IMG/VR virus record: IMGVR_UViG_3300044568_003163
Span: 124,001 to 188,000 of that record
Length of the DNA stretch: 64,000 bases
Reading direction: 5' to 3' (one strand)
The translations under genes and the position numbers were made by a program. The notes below the pieces were generated by a model. That model had not been told where the DNA came from. It saw nothing but the letters and a program-made list of their open reading frames with translations, and made no database searches. Of the stretch, positions 45,016 through 55,550 are shown piece after piece; positions within the stretch are counted from its first letter, which is position 1, and every line of letters begins with the position of its first letter.

Positions 45016-46428
45016 TTATTTTTTGTGATTTTCTTTCCAAATTCCTTGCAACCAATCGTGCAATTCTTTGTTATTGTCTTTCTTACCAATGCCGTATTCT
45101 TTAATAAATTCAGCTTTAAATTCATCAAAAGTAGCAGCCTCTTCAGCCATAATATGAACATCACCCATAGCAGATTCTGCAATAAAAGTAGAAGATTCTT
45201 TGATATTAGTTTCCCAATAATCATGAAGTTTTTCAAATTCTTTACGACCCATATTAGCAATCATGTACTCTACGATATCGTTATCGTAGTCTTCCGCTTC
45301 ATCTCTATAACCACCTGGAGTATCAATATATTTGCTACCCATGATTCTTTTGATTCTAACTTCTGGCATTCCATCAATTTCTTCTAAGAATTCTTCAAAG
45401 TCTTTAGTTGCTTTGAATTTTTCAGCTTCATTAACGTAAGACTCTTTCATTAATGCTAAAGCACCTAATTCACTTAATGTAACTTTTGCGCCTTTATCTT
45501 TACCATTAACAGAAGAATGATATAACAATCCAGCATTAAACAATCTTTTTAAAACTTCACCTTTAACTAAATCAAAGCTAATTGTATCGCTTACATTATC
45601 CCATGAATCTACTACATATTCCGGTTCAATCCAACCATAACCTCTTTTAATGTTTTTAATCAAAGTTTCTACGTCTTTGTCGAATTGCTTAGCGGCAGCT
45701 TCATTAACTGAAGATTCAAATACTTGAGTATCATCCTTATTCCATTCACCTCTTTTAACAAATCCATGAACTGTAAAATTTGCTTGAGATATTCCGGTAG
45801 CTTTTACCAATTTGTTAATAGCATCGACTTCTACTTTTGCGTTGCTAATTCCTTTGATATACTTAAATTTGTATGTCTCTTTATTTTTAAAATCTAGAAC
45901 TTTAAAACCGTCGTAAAATTTAGTCATATCTCCTTCATTAATAACAGATTCATTAAGATAACCGTTATGTCTAAGATATTTTATCAAATCATTTTTATCT
46001 CTAGAAGGTATTTTATCAGCGTTGATTGTATATCCATCTTTTGATTTTACTACATCAATATCTGATTTTACATAAAGATTTTGACTGATCCATTTAATTA
46101 AACGTGTATGGTCAATGTCTGAAATATTCTTAAGATTAATATTTTCTTCATTAACAGATTTAACTTTACCTGAAAGAATTTTCTTAGCTTTGTCTAAGTC
46201 TCTTTGATTTTTGAAGATTAAGTTACCATCATCAGATACTTGAGGAAATGCATAATGTTGGTAAGGAATTCCTTTAAACAAAACATTCAAATAAGCAGTT
46301 GTTAAATTCATGTTAGCTGGCAAATCGTCATAATTAATGCGATATTTCGTATCCCATAGCTTTGCTTTCGGATCATTTAAAATGTCTTCATTTACGAAGT
46401 CTTCGTAAGTTGGTATATGATTTTTCAT
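45016..46428 (-). CDS. leader-bearing putative polyprotein (about six modules)
   Basis: MKNHIPTYEDFVNE; five internal SVNE/SVINE/SSVNE/SYVNE/FIAE linkers. Confidence 0.75.
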   Translation of the reverse strand: MKNHIPTYEDFVNEDILNDPKAKLWDTKYRINYDDLPANMNLTTAYLNVLFKGIPYQHYAFPQVSDDGNLIFKNQRDLDKAKKILSGKVKSVNEENINLKNISDIDHTRLIKWISQNLYVKSDIDVVKSKDGYTINADKIPSRDKNDLIKYLRHNGYLNESVINEGDMTKFYDGFKVLDFKNKETYKFKYIKGISNAKVEVDAINKLVKATGISQANFTVHGFVKRGEWNKDDTQVFESSVNEAAAKQFDKDVETLIKNIKRGYGWIEPEYVVDSWDNVSDTISFDLVKGEVLKRLFNAGLLYHSSVNGKDKGAKVTLSELGALALMKESYVNEAEKFKATKDFEEFLEEIDGMPEVRIKRIMGSKYIDTPGGYRDEAEDYDNDIVEYMIANMGRKEFEKLHDYWETNIKESSTFIAESAMGDVHIMAEEAATFDEFKAEFIKEYGIGKKDNNKELHDWLQGIWKENHKK

Positions 46429-47442
46429 TTATGATTGGTTTAATTTTTTTCTTAATTCTTTATAAAATGGATGAACCGATTTAGGAGTTAAAATCTTAAA
46501 TGCAGTTTCATCGTCAGCTAAAATAGCTTCTCTAACTTTAGTTCCTGAAGGACCACCTTCTTGTCTGCTATCAACCATTGCAACCGAAAATTCATCAACA
46601 GGTACATCAGATTTTTCAGATGTTAAATAGGCAACTTGTCTTTCATAATCTTTTTGTCTATCAGATCCACAACCTACACCAATCGGATTAAATCCCTTTT
46701 CTTGAATAAATTTTACCATTTGAGGTATTACTGTCTTATTACCAAGAGGGTACATCGCAAATTCTTGAATAAAATCAAATTCACCAGCTACTCGATGACC
46801 TATTTTTGATAATAGAAGAACATCAAATGGAGATTTTTCGGTCTTTGAAAATATTTGTAATGGGATAACAGGACAACCAAATGCCTGTGAAGTTCTTCTT
46901 AGAGCTTCAATATGTCCATTATGAAATGGTTGAAATCTACCAGGAAATATACATACTCGTTTGCCATCGATAGTAGCTTCGAATACTTCGTTTTCGTTTA
47001 ATTTATCAATAAAGCTTCTAAACATTGGTTTTACTTTATCGGCTAATTTACTAAATAGTCCAGGATTTTCTTCTGGAACTACATCCGGAGAAGCATTTCT
47101 AATAGTACTATCTACCATATAATCGTTAACAAAAACTTTAGCATCTTCTTCAGTTTCTATTTTACGTTGAACCATACTGAAATCTCCAGTGTCTTGTAAC
47201 ATCTCACGTGAAGTAGTAGGAGATACTGCAAAATGATTACCGAGTTTTTTATTCATATCACCAAAAGCAACATCTACTGTCTTTCCAACAATAGTACCTA
47301 TTAAGTCTTTTACTGTATTTTGTACCTTTTCATCTTTAATAATTTGCAAAGCAAAATATTTGATAGCTGGTGACATAGATTCACAGATGATCTGTTCATT
47401 TGATTCGTTAACGAAATCTTCAAAATGAGGTATGTTTTTCAT
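46429..47442 (-). CDS. leader-bearing HxGH nucleotidyltransferase (cytidylyltransferase/NMNAT-like)
   Basis: MKNIPHFEDFVNE; FPGRFQPFHNGH, GSDR, SGTKVRE. Confidence 0.8.
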   Translation of the reverse strand: MKNIPHFEDFVNESNEQIICESMSPAIKYFALQIIKDEKVQNTVKDLIGTIVGKTVDVAFGDMNKKLGNHFAVSPTTSREMLQDTGDFSMVQRKIETEEDAKVFVNDYMVDSTIRNASPDVVPEENPGLFSKLADKVKPMFRSFIDKLNENEVFEATIDGKRVCIFPGRFQPFHNGHIEALRRTSQAFGCPVIPLQIFSKTEKSPFDVLLLSKIGHRVAGEFDFIQEFAMYPLGNKTVIPQMVKFIQEKGFNPIGVGCGSDRQKDYERQVAYLTSEKSDVPVDEFSVAMVDSRQEGGPSGTKVREAILADDETAFKILTPKSVHPFYKELRKKLNQS

Positions 47443-47721
47443 TTATTCTTCTAGTTTTAATTGTTTGATCGGTTTAACGAAAGATGAATCTACATTTGTA
47501 AAAATTTCACCATAATAATCATCTAAAATATCATAAAATACTTTAGCTTTAGAAAAACTAACTTTTACAATAGTTCCAAAACGATAATCTCGAGTAATTT
47601 TTCGATCATCTGCTTGTTTAGCCGATGGCACAAAATCCACTTTATCATCTATTGAATAGGCTGATGGAAATTCAGTAGCACCTTCGTACAAGAAATTATC
47701 AAATGTAGGTATGTTTTTCAT
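47443..47721 (-). CDS. leader-bearing small SH3-like protein
   Basis: start reassigned to MKNIPTFDNFLYE. Confidence 0.75.
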   Translation of the reverse strand: MKNIPTFDNFLYEGATEFPSAYSIDDKVDFVPSAKQADDRKITRDYRFGTIVKVSFSKAKVFYDILDDYYGEIFTNVDSSFVKPIKQLKLEE

Positions 47722-47722
47722 A

Positions 47723-48910
47723 TTATTTACGGCATTCACCTTCTTTAATTGCAAATTCTTGAGCAATAGATTTAATCGCTCTATCGTCAGTATTTGATAT
47801 CGAAGTATGGAAGAATTTACTACCATCTTCATTTTTAAATAAACCTTTTACTGATTTACCCATCCAAGTTTTCCAAGGAAGAGATTCACCATAAGCTTTA
47901 ATAGCTTTGTCTCCGGTTTTGATTGTTACTTTGTTATTATTACTTGCCGCTGCTACATATTTTTTAGCATCTGCATAATTCTCATCCATATAAGCATTAA
48001 AATACTTTACGAATTTTTTTGCGTTTTCATTATCTTCAGCTGAAGAGATGAATTTTTGTTCAATGATTGTGTAGAATATAATGTCAACTACATTGGTAAT
48101 TGATTGAACTTCTATTCTAATTCCTAAATCAGGAGATAAACTTTCGTTTATGAATTTCTTAAATGTAGGAACTTTGCTTTCATTATATGGAAACCTAACA
48201 TCGATTTTACCACCAGAAAGAGATTTAGCAACTTTATTAACTTGATTTGGTTCAATCTTAGGCATTTCTGGTCTTGGTGGAGCACCAGCTGGAGGACCAA
48301 ATTTTTGTATCAATTTAAGACCAAGTTGAACCTTTGATTTATTAGCTTCATACCAAGCAACCGCCTTTTCTTTATTATAGAATTGAGGTTCCATGTTTTG
48401 ACCATCATATATACAATTCTCAATATCTTTAATTGTTGCATTGAATATATTGACATCTCCACCAGAAGGAATTCCACCTCTTTCGTTACCTAAAGCATCA
48501 CCGGCTTGTCTTAAAACTGGAACTAAGTCACCAATAGATAATTCAGCTTTAGCACCAATTACTTTAGCATTTGGATCGTTAAACATAGTAGCTGCCCATC
48601 GATGATGACCATCTAATATTCTATTATCTGAAGATATTATTGCATCTAACTTACCTCCTTTAACCCCAGCAATTGCTAGTCCTAATGCTTTACCTAAATA
48701 AACAGCATCTTGTGACGGTTTAAGTGATTTAGCAGGAATACCAGCATCTTTTGTAATTACGATATCATCGGTTGGATTTCCATCTCTTTTACCGTCAGTA
48801 AAAAAATCTGGATCGTTTTTATCGCCTGGATTAGGAAATTTTACCGGATTTATTTCTTTCGTACTTAATTCTTCATTTAAGAATTGCTCGAACGTAGGTA
48901 TGTTTTTCAT
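47723..48910 (-). CDS. leader-bearing ParB/Srx-like protein fused to a second leader-bearing module
   Basis: LKPSQ...ILDGHHRWAA; internal KVPTFKKFINE. Confidence 0.75.
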   Translation of the reverse strand: MKNIPTFEQFLNEELSTKEINPVKFPNPGDKNDPDFFTDGKRDGNPTDDIVITKDAGIPAKSLKPSQDAVYLGKALGLAIAGVKGGKLDAIISSDNRILDGHHRWAATMFNDPNAKVIGAKAELSIGDLVPVLRQAGDALGNERGGIPSGGDVNIFNATIKDIENCIYDGQNMEPQFYNKEKAVAWYEANKSKVQLGLKLIQKFGPPAGAPPRPEMPKIEPNQVNKVAKSLSGGKIDVRFPYNESKVPTFKKFINESLSPDLGIRIEVQSITNVVDIIFYTIIEQKFISSAEDNENAKKFVKYFNAYMDENYADAKKYVAAASNNNKVTIKTGDKAIKAYGESLPWKTWMGKSVKGLFKNEDGSKFFHTSISNTDDRAIKSIAQEFAIKEGECRK

Positions 48911-48926
48911 ATAATATGTATCTCGT

Positions 48927-49799
48927 TTAATAACTCCAATTAGCGGCTATACTAACTTCAAGATTCCACCTTTTTGCAAAGGTTTCCATTAAGTCATATA
49001 TCTTAGAACTTAACTCAGAGTACTTTTGATATTCTTTTGATGACGTAGTATCTCCACCATATTCATTTTCATGACGATATTGTCTAGGTTCATCAATTCT
49101 CATTCTAACTTCTTTGTGAGCTAATACTAATCTAGGTTCATTACAAGTTATGCCTAATTTTTTAGCACTATTCCACATTTCACTGAAGATAGGAGATATT
49201 TTTTCTTTAACTTTTTTCCAATCAGTTTCAATTTTAAGTCTTTCTGCAATTATTTTCTTTGCAGTTCGAGGATTAAAATATTCTCCATTTTTCTTTTCAT
49301 AAGCATCGAAAATACCTACAATATCTTGTAGAACTTCATTATGCTTAGAAATTGATTTATAAGTTCCATAAACTACACTTCCAGTTTCTAACATATTTCC
49401 ATTTTCTGGGTGTCTGATACCGTCAAAATAATGTCCAAATTGATAAGAAGGACCACGAGTACCATCTCCGCAAGAATATTGAAAAGGTCCATCTGCATAA
49501 GTAGCTCTACTCATTCCTTTAATTCCAATAACTACAACCAAAGTACCTCCATAATTCCATTCTGAACGATAAACATATACGTCAATAGGCACTTTTAAGT
49601 TTTTACTTAAGAATCTAACGGCTTCCATTCCTTTAGCGAAATTAGAATTAGTTTCGTTGCCTTCAGGTGTTCCTTTAATAGCTTTAAAGAAATTAGCCGG
49701 AGACATTGGCTCCATAGAATTAAAAAGAGGTTTATTAGAACCTTTAGCGTAAATAACGTCCTCATTTAGGAAGTTCTCAAATAATGGTATGTTTATCAT
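48927..49799 (-). CDS. leader-bearing protein
   Basis: MINIPLFENFLNE. Confidence 0.75.
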   Translation of the reverse strand: MINIPLFENFLNEDVIYAKGSNKPLFNSMEPMSPANFFKAIKGTPEGNETNSNFAKGMEAVRFLSKNLKVPIDVYVYRSEWNYGGTLVVVIGIKGMSRATYADGPFQYSCGDGTRGPSYQFGHYFDGIRHPENGNMLETGSVVYGTYKSISKHNEVLQDIVGIFDAYEKKNGEYFNPRTAKKIIAERLKIETDWKKVKEKISPIFSEMWNSAKKLGITCNEPRLVLAHKEVRMRIDEPRQYRHENEYGGDTTSSKEYQKYSELSSKIYDLMETFAKRWNLEVSIAANWSY

Positions 49800-49811
49800 A
49801 ATTTTTGTATT

Positions 49812-50159
49812 TTAATATTCAAATGGTGGAGTTTCGTAATCTGATTTCTTAACAGCAAACCAATTTCTATCTATTTTAAAATACCACCAACCTCGAGAAG
49901 AATCTATTACATAATGATTTCCTTTAAGTTTATATCCTTTATAACCGCCTCGTGTAAAGAATTTAGTTATAGGAGTTTGGTCTGGCCAAGTTTTATTGGT
50001 TGATTGAGCTTGTATGGATCTACCATCGAAAGTTGCAAGAAAAATATCTACGACACTTCCTTCAGATCTTTCTTCTCCGGCAAATTCTTTAATACCAGGT
50101 AGCATCGCTTCAACTGCTTCGTTGATAAATTCATCAAAAGTAGGTATGTGATTTTCCAT
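49812..50159 (-). CDS. leader-bearing protein
   Basis: MENHIPTFDEFINE. Confidence 0.75.
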   Translation of the reverse strand: MENHIPTFDEFINEAVEAMLPGIKEFAGEERSEGSVVDIFLATFDGRSIQAQSTNKTWPDQTPITKFFTRGGYKGYKLKGNHYVIDSSRGWWYFKIDRNWFAVKKSDYETPPFEY

Positions 50160-50617
50160 TATCTAGGTAATTGAGTTTTGTTCATTACTACCATTGTAGC
50201 ATATTTTGCATTAGTATGTTGTAAAACCCATGTAACTGGTCCTATTGACTCAAAATATTTTTTAAATGATGGATCGTTTTGTATTTTTGCATAGTCAGCG
50301 CTTGATTGTCTTGCTGCATTAACATTACAAAAAATAGCTCCTCTGTATTTAAAAGGTCCTTCCTCTGTATTTAATTCTCGGATTTCAAATCCCATATCGG
50401 AAGGATCGAAATCATCGTAACCTAAGTCAAATAAAACTTTAACTAGAGCCTGTCTTGTTTTTTCAGCTTCTTTAGCGATATTTGCAACCCAATTCCAATT
50501 AGAAATTTCTTGCTTAACGTCTGCTACGAAATTTTTATCAGCAGGAGTATTGAAAGATTTCCAAGCTCCGCTATCAGCTTCATTTATAAATGAGCTAAAA
50601 GATTGTAAGTTTTTCAT
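50159..50617 (-). CDS. leader-bearing protein
   Basis: MKNLQSFSSFINE. Confidence 0.75.
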   Translation of the reverse strand: MKNLQSFSSFINEADSGAWKSFNTPADKNFVADVKQEISNWNWVANIAKEAEKTRQALVKVLFDLGYDDFDPSDMGFEIRELNTEEGPFKYRGAIFCNVNAARQSSADYAKIQNDPSFKKYFESIGPVTWVLQHTNAKYATMVVMNKTQLPR

Positions 50618-50636
50618 ATTTTTATTTAGATGATCG

Positions 50637-51098
50637 TTATTTTATTAGTAAGTTTTTGAAAAAATCTCGTTCGTCTGCCTTTACTGCATATAAGTAAAAA
50701 CTTCTATCATTTCCATTAACATATCTTATTGATTTGATAGATTTCATTTCTAAAACTCCTAATTGAACTGGATTTAAAGGGAATGTTATATCAGTTATAC
50801 CATCACACGTTAATTCAATATTCGATCTAATTGTCATATATTTGCCATCGACAAAAGTAAATATTAATGCATCTCTTTTACTGCATTTTCCAATATTTAA
50901 TTTTATTGTGATTAAATAATTTTTTTCAGATATTCCATTATATTTTTTAAAATGAGGTATAATGGTAAACCATTTACTTCTGTCTTCAGTAGAACAGATC
51001 AACATAGAATTTTCTTCCTTTTTAGTTGTAGGCTGTTCGTTTTGTGAATTACCAACAAATGTTAGTAATAAAAATAGTAAGATGCATAATTTTTTCAT
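50637..51098 (-). CDS. secreted hypothetical protein (no leader)
   Basis: Sec signal peptide MKKLCILLFLLLTFVGNS-Q. Confidence 0.7.
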   Translation of the reverse strand: MKKLCILLFLLLTFVGNSQNEQPTTKKEENSMLICSTEDRSKWFTIIPHFKKYNGISEKNYLITIKLNIGKCSKRDALIFTFVDGKYMTIRSNIELTCDGITDITFPLNPVQLGVLEMKSIKSIRYVNGNDRSFYLYAVKADERDFFKNLLIK

Positions 51099-51112
51099 TA
51101 GATTTATATTTT

Positions 51113-52378
51113 TTATGAATAAGCTTCGATGTCATATTGAATTCTTTCTAAAGGAGTTTCGTCGTTGCAAAGATTTTTCTTAACCCAATCAAGTAAACCT
51201 GGTTCAAATTTAGCATTTTGTGCCATATCATAAGCATTTTCTGCACCACCATTACCGGACATATCTTTAACCCATTTGTCATATATCTTTTTATTCCATG
51301 AATGTGCTTTTTGTTTCTGTGCATGAGGTCCATTACCTAAAGTAGAGAAAACCGCCATAGATGAATTAGGAATAAATACGTCTAATAAACCTTCAGTGCC
51401 TGATTTACCATTGTCATATTTAATTTCTCTTCTAAATTTTGCCAATGCATAATCTGCAGATGCTATTTGAGATGAACTTGACATTGCTCCAGTTTTCTTA
51501 CCGTAAGCTTTTTTAAGTTGCAGTTGTTTATCTGGATCGATTTCAAAGTGAATATCTCTGATATAATCATCAAACCAACCTTCATTTAAAAAAGATTCCA
51601 TAATACATTCATAAACATCACCTTTGAAGTTTTGGAGACCTCTTTCTTTACTATAATATAAAGTCAATGGTTGGTTACTACGATTTAGTAAATCAATTTC
51701 TTTGATATTACTCGAACCTCCTAATATTTTCTTTATCGTATAGGTTCCTACATCTCCAGTTCTACTATTTTTTAATTCTATAGTATCTTTTACTTTCATT
51801 TTAGATACGTCAAAATCTTCATTCACACCTTCCATAAGATTACCACCTCCATCAATTCCAGCACTATGCCAATATTCACCTTTACCATTATAAGTTTTAG
51901 TAAATGCTACATACTCTTTTGTTTTAGGATTCCAAAAGTGACTTTCACCATTAGAGGCTGTCATCATTTTTAAAATACCACTTTTAGCATCTTTTATCAG
52001 TTTTAATTGAACTGCTCTAGTTAAAGGCTCTCTAACTTTTAGTTTAGAAGGACTAGCTGCTGATAATGCTTCATCGATTTGCAAAGATTCTAGCATTTCA
52101 GGAGTTTCATTAAAATTTAAACTATTTCCTGATGCAACCGAAATTCCAGCAGCACCTCTAAGAGAAACTCGTAAATTGAATTTATCTCCTTTTTCGTTTT
52201 CTGCTGCTAAATCTCGAGTAGCATTAGTTTTTTGACCATAAGCTATAATAGTATAAGTTTCGGCTTTAGTTTTAATTACTGATCCAATTCTTAATTTATT
52301 AGCATCTTTAGGACTTAAATATCCTTCATTAATGATTGACTCATTAACAAAATCTTCAAATGTAGGTATGTTTTTCAT
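51113..52378 (-). CDS. leader-bearing putative polyprotein (about four modules)
   Basis: MKNIPTFEDFVNESIINE; internal ESLQIDE, EGVNE, ESFLNE. Confidence 0.75.
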   Translation of the reverse strand: MKNIPTFEDFVNESIINEGYLSPKDANKLRIGSVIKTKAETYTIIAYGQKTNATRDLAAENEKGDKFNLRVSLRGAAGISVASGNSLNFNETPEMLESLQIDEALSAASPSKLKVREPLTRAVQLKLIKDAKSGILKMMTASNGESHFWNPKTKEYVAFTKTYNGKGEYWHSAGIDGGGNLMEGVNEDFDVSKMKVKDTIELKNSRTGDVGTYTIKKILGGSSNIKEIDLLNRSNQPLTLYYSKERGLQNFKGDVYECIMESFLNEGWFDDYIRDIHFEIDPDKQLQLKKAYGKKTGAMSSSSQIASADYALAKFRREIKYDNGKSGTEGLLDVFIPNSSMAVFSTLGNGPHAQKQKAHSWNKKIYDKWVKDMSGNGGAENAYDMAQNAKFEPGLLDWVKKNLCNDETPLERIQYDIEAYS

Positions 52379-52390
52379 GGTTATATAATT

Positions 52391-53200
52391 TTAGTATCTT
52401 CCGTATCCTACTGAGCTTTCAAATGAACCTACAAAGTAATTAGTTCCATCAACATCGATCGTTACAGATGAAGATAATTCGGTAATGTCTACTTGAGTAA
52501 ATCCAATAGAATTAGAAATTGTTTTATTATCAACTCTAGAAACATCTTTATTGATTTCGATTTTAGAATCAGGAGTTAATTTGATTTTGTTTTTTCTAAG
52601 ACCAGCAATTATCATTTTATAAACTCTTTCAAAATCTGATCCTGAATATGCAGAATAGTTACATTCTTTGTTTACTGCAACTGCTAAGTTTAATCTAGCA
52701 GCAGGTGTTCCGGTTGACCAAGATTTTAAAACTTCAATCAAATTAGTTAGTGCATCTTTCATTGCTGGCAAATCTTTATTTTCAACAGTAAACGAAGGCT
52801 CGATTAATTTAACCGCTTCAGTAATAGGTCCTTGAGACCTTCCTCCTGGCGAAGCATCAGTATATATGAATGCCAAAAATTCAATAATTGGTGCAGTTGC
52901 TTTACCTGATCTTAAATAATCAGCAGCAGACTTAGCAACTTCTTTGAATTGAGCACCTGGAGATTTAGTAAAATAGCTAGGTCTTAATCCAGCAGATGGC
53001 CAACCTGCATCATAATGAAATAAAGTAAATAGTGGTTCGTGATCGATTCCATCTTTATAACCTTTAGCCGATCTAAATCGTAAAGTTTTTTGTAATGCAT
53101 GAGAAGTAGCAAAATCTAATCCATTTTCTTGTAGAGCTTCGTTGATAGAAGTTAATTTTGATTCATTAACGAAATTCTCAAATGTAGGTATATTTTTCAT
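52391..53200 (-). CDS. leader-bearing protein
   Basis: MKNIPTFENFVNE. Confidence 0.75.
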   Translation of the reverse strand: MKNIPTFENFVNESKLTSINEALQENGLDFATSHALQKTLRFRSAKGYKDGIDHEPLFTLFHYDAGWPSAGLRPSYFTKSPGAQFKEVAKSAADYLRSGKATAPIIEFLAFIYTDASPGGRSQGPITEAVKLIEPSFTVENKDLPAMKDALTNLIEVLKSWSTGTPAARLNLAVAVNKECNYSAYSGSDFERVYKMIIAGLRKNKIKLTPDSKIEINKDVSRVDNKTISNSIGFTQVDITELSSSVTIDVDGTNYFVGSFESSVGYGRY

Positions 53201-53208
53201 TTATGTGA

Positions 53209-53514
53209 TTACTTTTTATTAATAGTTACGCTAAAGGTATATTCTTGATTGCCAGGAACTTGTATATAAATGTCATATTTTTTAGCATTATCCCAAAGAG
53301 ATAATGACGTACCAAAAGATTGATGCATGTAAAATACTACACTATCACCTTTATCCCAGATTTGACTGATAGCATATCTAGGAGAAGTATACATCTGATC
53401 CTCTAATATTTTTTTAAAGTGAGGATAAGATTTACACAACTCTTCGTATTGTTTGAAATTCTCAGTTGTAGATGATTCGTTTACGAATCCGTCAAAGGTA
53501 GGTATGTTTTTCAT
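53209..53514 (-). CDS. leader-bearing protein
   Basis: MKNIPTFDGFVNE. Confidence 0.75.
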   Translation of the reverse strand: MKNIPTFDGFVNESSTTENFKQYEELCKSYPHFKKILEDQMYTSPRYAISQIWDKGDSVVFYMHQSFGTSLSLWDNAKKYDIYIQVPGNQEYTFSVTINKK

Positions 53515-53616
53515 TATAGTTCTTTAGATAATCTACTAATAATTTCTTGGTTATTAGCGATACGTTTTTGATTTTTAAGTTGGTTACCTCTATTAGGTTT
53601 TTGTTTGCCTTCTTTT

Positions 53617-53895
53617 TTAGATTTCGACATTATGTTTGATTATTTTGATTCGAACATCAGATGTTCCTTGTATAATTCTATGTATCTCACCGCATTTGAT
53701 GAATATTTCTTGATTAAGAGAAATAGGCAATTGGTTATCGAATTGAAACTGCCAATCCGTAGAATCCATTGCTTGAATGGTTCTATCTTGTTCATCCCAA
53801 TGCCATTTGAATTCTTCAGGATGAGTATCAGCACTAAATGTTCTTATAAAAACATTATCTCCTAAATCTTCTTCTATAAAGGGCAATTCTACCAT
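53617..53895 (-). CDS. cupin-like small protein
   Basis: WHWDEQDR...WQFQFDNQLP...HRII. Confidence 0.65.
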   Translation of the reverse strand: MVELPFIEEDLGDNVFIRTFSADTHPEEFKWHWDEQDRTIQAMDSTDWQFQFDNQLPISLNQEIFIKCGEIHRIIQGTSDVRIKIIKHNVEI

Positions 53896-54434
53896 GGATT
53901 GTCAGATGAAAGTCCTAATTGTTTAGTAAAAAGTGAAGGAGCATAGCAAGCCCAAAATCCTTTTTTAGAAGGATCCATTTTCTTTTGTAAATCACATTGT
54001 TGTCTAGCCCAAAAAGATGAAGCAGCTCCTTCATCGGCATTATTAATTGCACGATTTGGATCTCCCCATTCTATTTTAGTAGCAATGATATTTCCATCAT
54101 CATCTTTCTTACCACTGTTGTGATAAACTTGATATTTTTGTTCTCCGCCTCTTTGTGGTGTGTCTAATTTAACATCTATCCATGAATCATTGTCAGTTTT
54201 GAATTTAGCCTTTTTACCTACTTCTAGGTTCTTTGCCATCCAAGCTGATTTTCCATTTAAGATGATATTTCCTTTGTCCCAATATTGTTTTGCCTCTTCA
54301 AATAAATCATCATAAGCTTGTGAACCTAAACGAAATACTGAAGTAGATAAATCTAGTCCATTTGCTTGGTGATATTTGAAAGCTTCTGAAGAGTTTTCGC
54401 GAATGAAATCTTCAAATTCTGGTATGTTTTTCAT
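53889..54434 (-). CDS. leader-bearing protein
   Basis: MKNIPEFEDFIRE; WGDP...FWARQQC...FWAC. Confidence 0.75.
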   Translation of the reverse strand: MKNIPEFEDFIRENSSEAFKYHQANGLDLSTSVFRLGSQAYDDLFEEAKQYWDKGNIILNGKSAWMAKNLEVGKKAKFKTDNDSWIDVKLDTPQRGGEQKYQVYHNSGKKDDDGNIIATKIEWGDPNRAINNADEGAASSFWARQQCDLQKKMDPSKKGFWACYAPSLFTKQLGLSSDNPW

Positions 54435-54444
54435 ATAATTTTAT

Positions 54445-54490
54445 TTTTATAGTACAAATATAAACATAATTTCCGATACTAGGAAATTAT
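54445..54490 (-). promoter_or_regulatory. host-type promoter (TATATTTG) with hairpin
   Basis: TATATTTG at 54455-54462; ATAATTTCC/GGAAATTAT. Confidence 0.5.
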
Positions 54491-54602
54491 TTTAAACCCT
54501 TTTTAATTTCGTCGTATATCATGAGCATAAAAAGTAGGCCCATTATTCCAGCAAAGAAAGGTAGGCAATTAGGTTCAGAATTCACTGCATTAAACGATTA
54601 TT

Positions 54603-55544
54603 TTAGTATATGTCACCGGTTCTTAACATAGAAGATATGTCTGTAAAATATGCCATTTCTTCTGGAGTTAATTTAGATTTAATATATTTTCCAATTGTTG
54701 CTAATTCTCGAGCTCTGGCACTATATGCATTGGCCTTATATGGTGGCAAATCTTGATACATTTGTGCAAGTCTCGTATCACCATCAAATTTCTTAACGAT
54801 TTCAGCAATTAGTTCTTTTCTTTTACCTTTTGCTGCCATCTTAGCTTTTGACTCAGCTTTATTAGCAATTGCTTCTGCTGCATCTCCAAGAACATTACCT
54901 ACAACAGGTAAACCTTTAGCTAACGCCCATAAACCAGCTATTCCAACTGCTACGCCTATTGCAACATCGGCAATTAGACCAGCATCTTCGTTAATTACTG
55001 ATTCTCTGATCGAAATTTGCAAATGTTTCTTTATTGCAACTTTCATTTTAGTAATACTATTAATATTTTTATTCAACGGAGATTGTTGTCTTCCATCTTT
55101 GTATAATTCTATATAAGTATCACCCTCAGCACCACTAACTACTCTAATAGTACATAATGGATATTTTACGTTATTATAATCATCGTGGTATAATCTTCCT
55201 CTGCCGATAGGAGTTACATATGATTTAGATTCTTTACGAATCCAACCATTTTGTGTTAATACATCACCAAAGTCATGGCTATTATTTTCGTTTATTGATT
55301 CTCGAATTTCAAATCCATCAGCTTCGATTGCTTTTTTAGCTTTACGTAATTCGATAGCGTTAAGTGCCTTAACTACCATTTGTTCTGAATCATGTATTGC
55401 TGGTTCTGCAATTGCATCAACTCCAGCATCCATCAGAACATTTTGAATGTATTCTACGTCATCGTCGTCAGTATTATATTGAATCGAAAATGTATATTCT
55501 TTTGCTTCGTTGATGAAATCTTCAAATGTAGGTATGTTTTTCAT
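54603..55544 (-). CDS. leader-bearing putative polyprotein (three modules, last with a TM helix)
   Basis: MKNIPTFEDFINE; internal IRESINE and IRESVINE. Confidence 0.75.
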   Translation of the reverse strand: MKNIPTFEDFINEAKEYTFSIQYNTDDDDVEYIQNVLMDAGVDAIAEPAIHDSEQMVVKALNAIELRKAKKAIEADGFEIRESINENNSHDFGDVLTQNGWIRKESKSYVTPIGRGRLYHDDYNNVKYPLCTIRVVSGAEGDTYIELYKDGRQQSPLNKNINSITKMKVAIKKHLQISIRESVINEDAGLIADVAIGVAVGIAGLWALAKGLPVVGNVLGDAAEAIANKAESKAKMAAKGKRKELIAEIVKKFDGDTRLAQMYQDLPPYKANAYSARARELATIGKYIKSKLTPEEMAYFTDISSMLRTGDIY

Positions 55545-55550
55545 TTATGT

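Noticed and set aside
46429-47442. Complete NAD-reconstitution (NARP) pathway
   Set aside because: No Nampt, Adps or Namat partner is visible in the window, and the HxGH enzyme substrate is unknown
853-53834. Nested out-of-frame minus ORFs (853, 29415, 37099, 45006, 51148, 53640)
   Set aside because: Lie essentially inside better-supported genes
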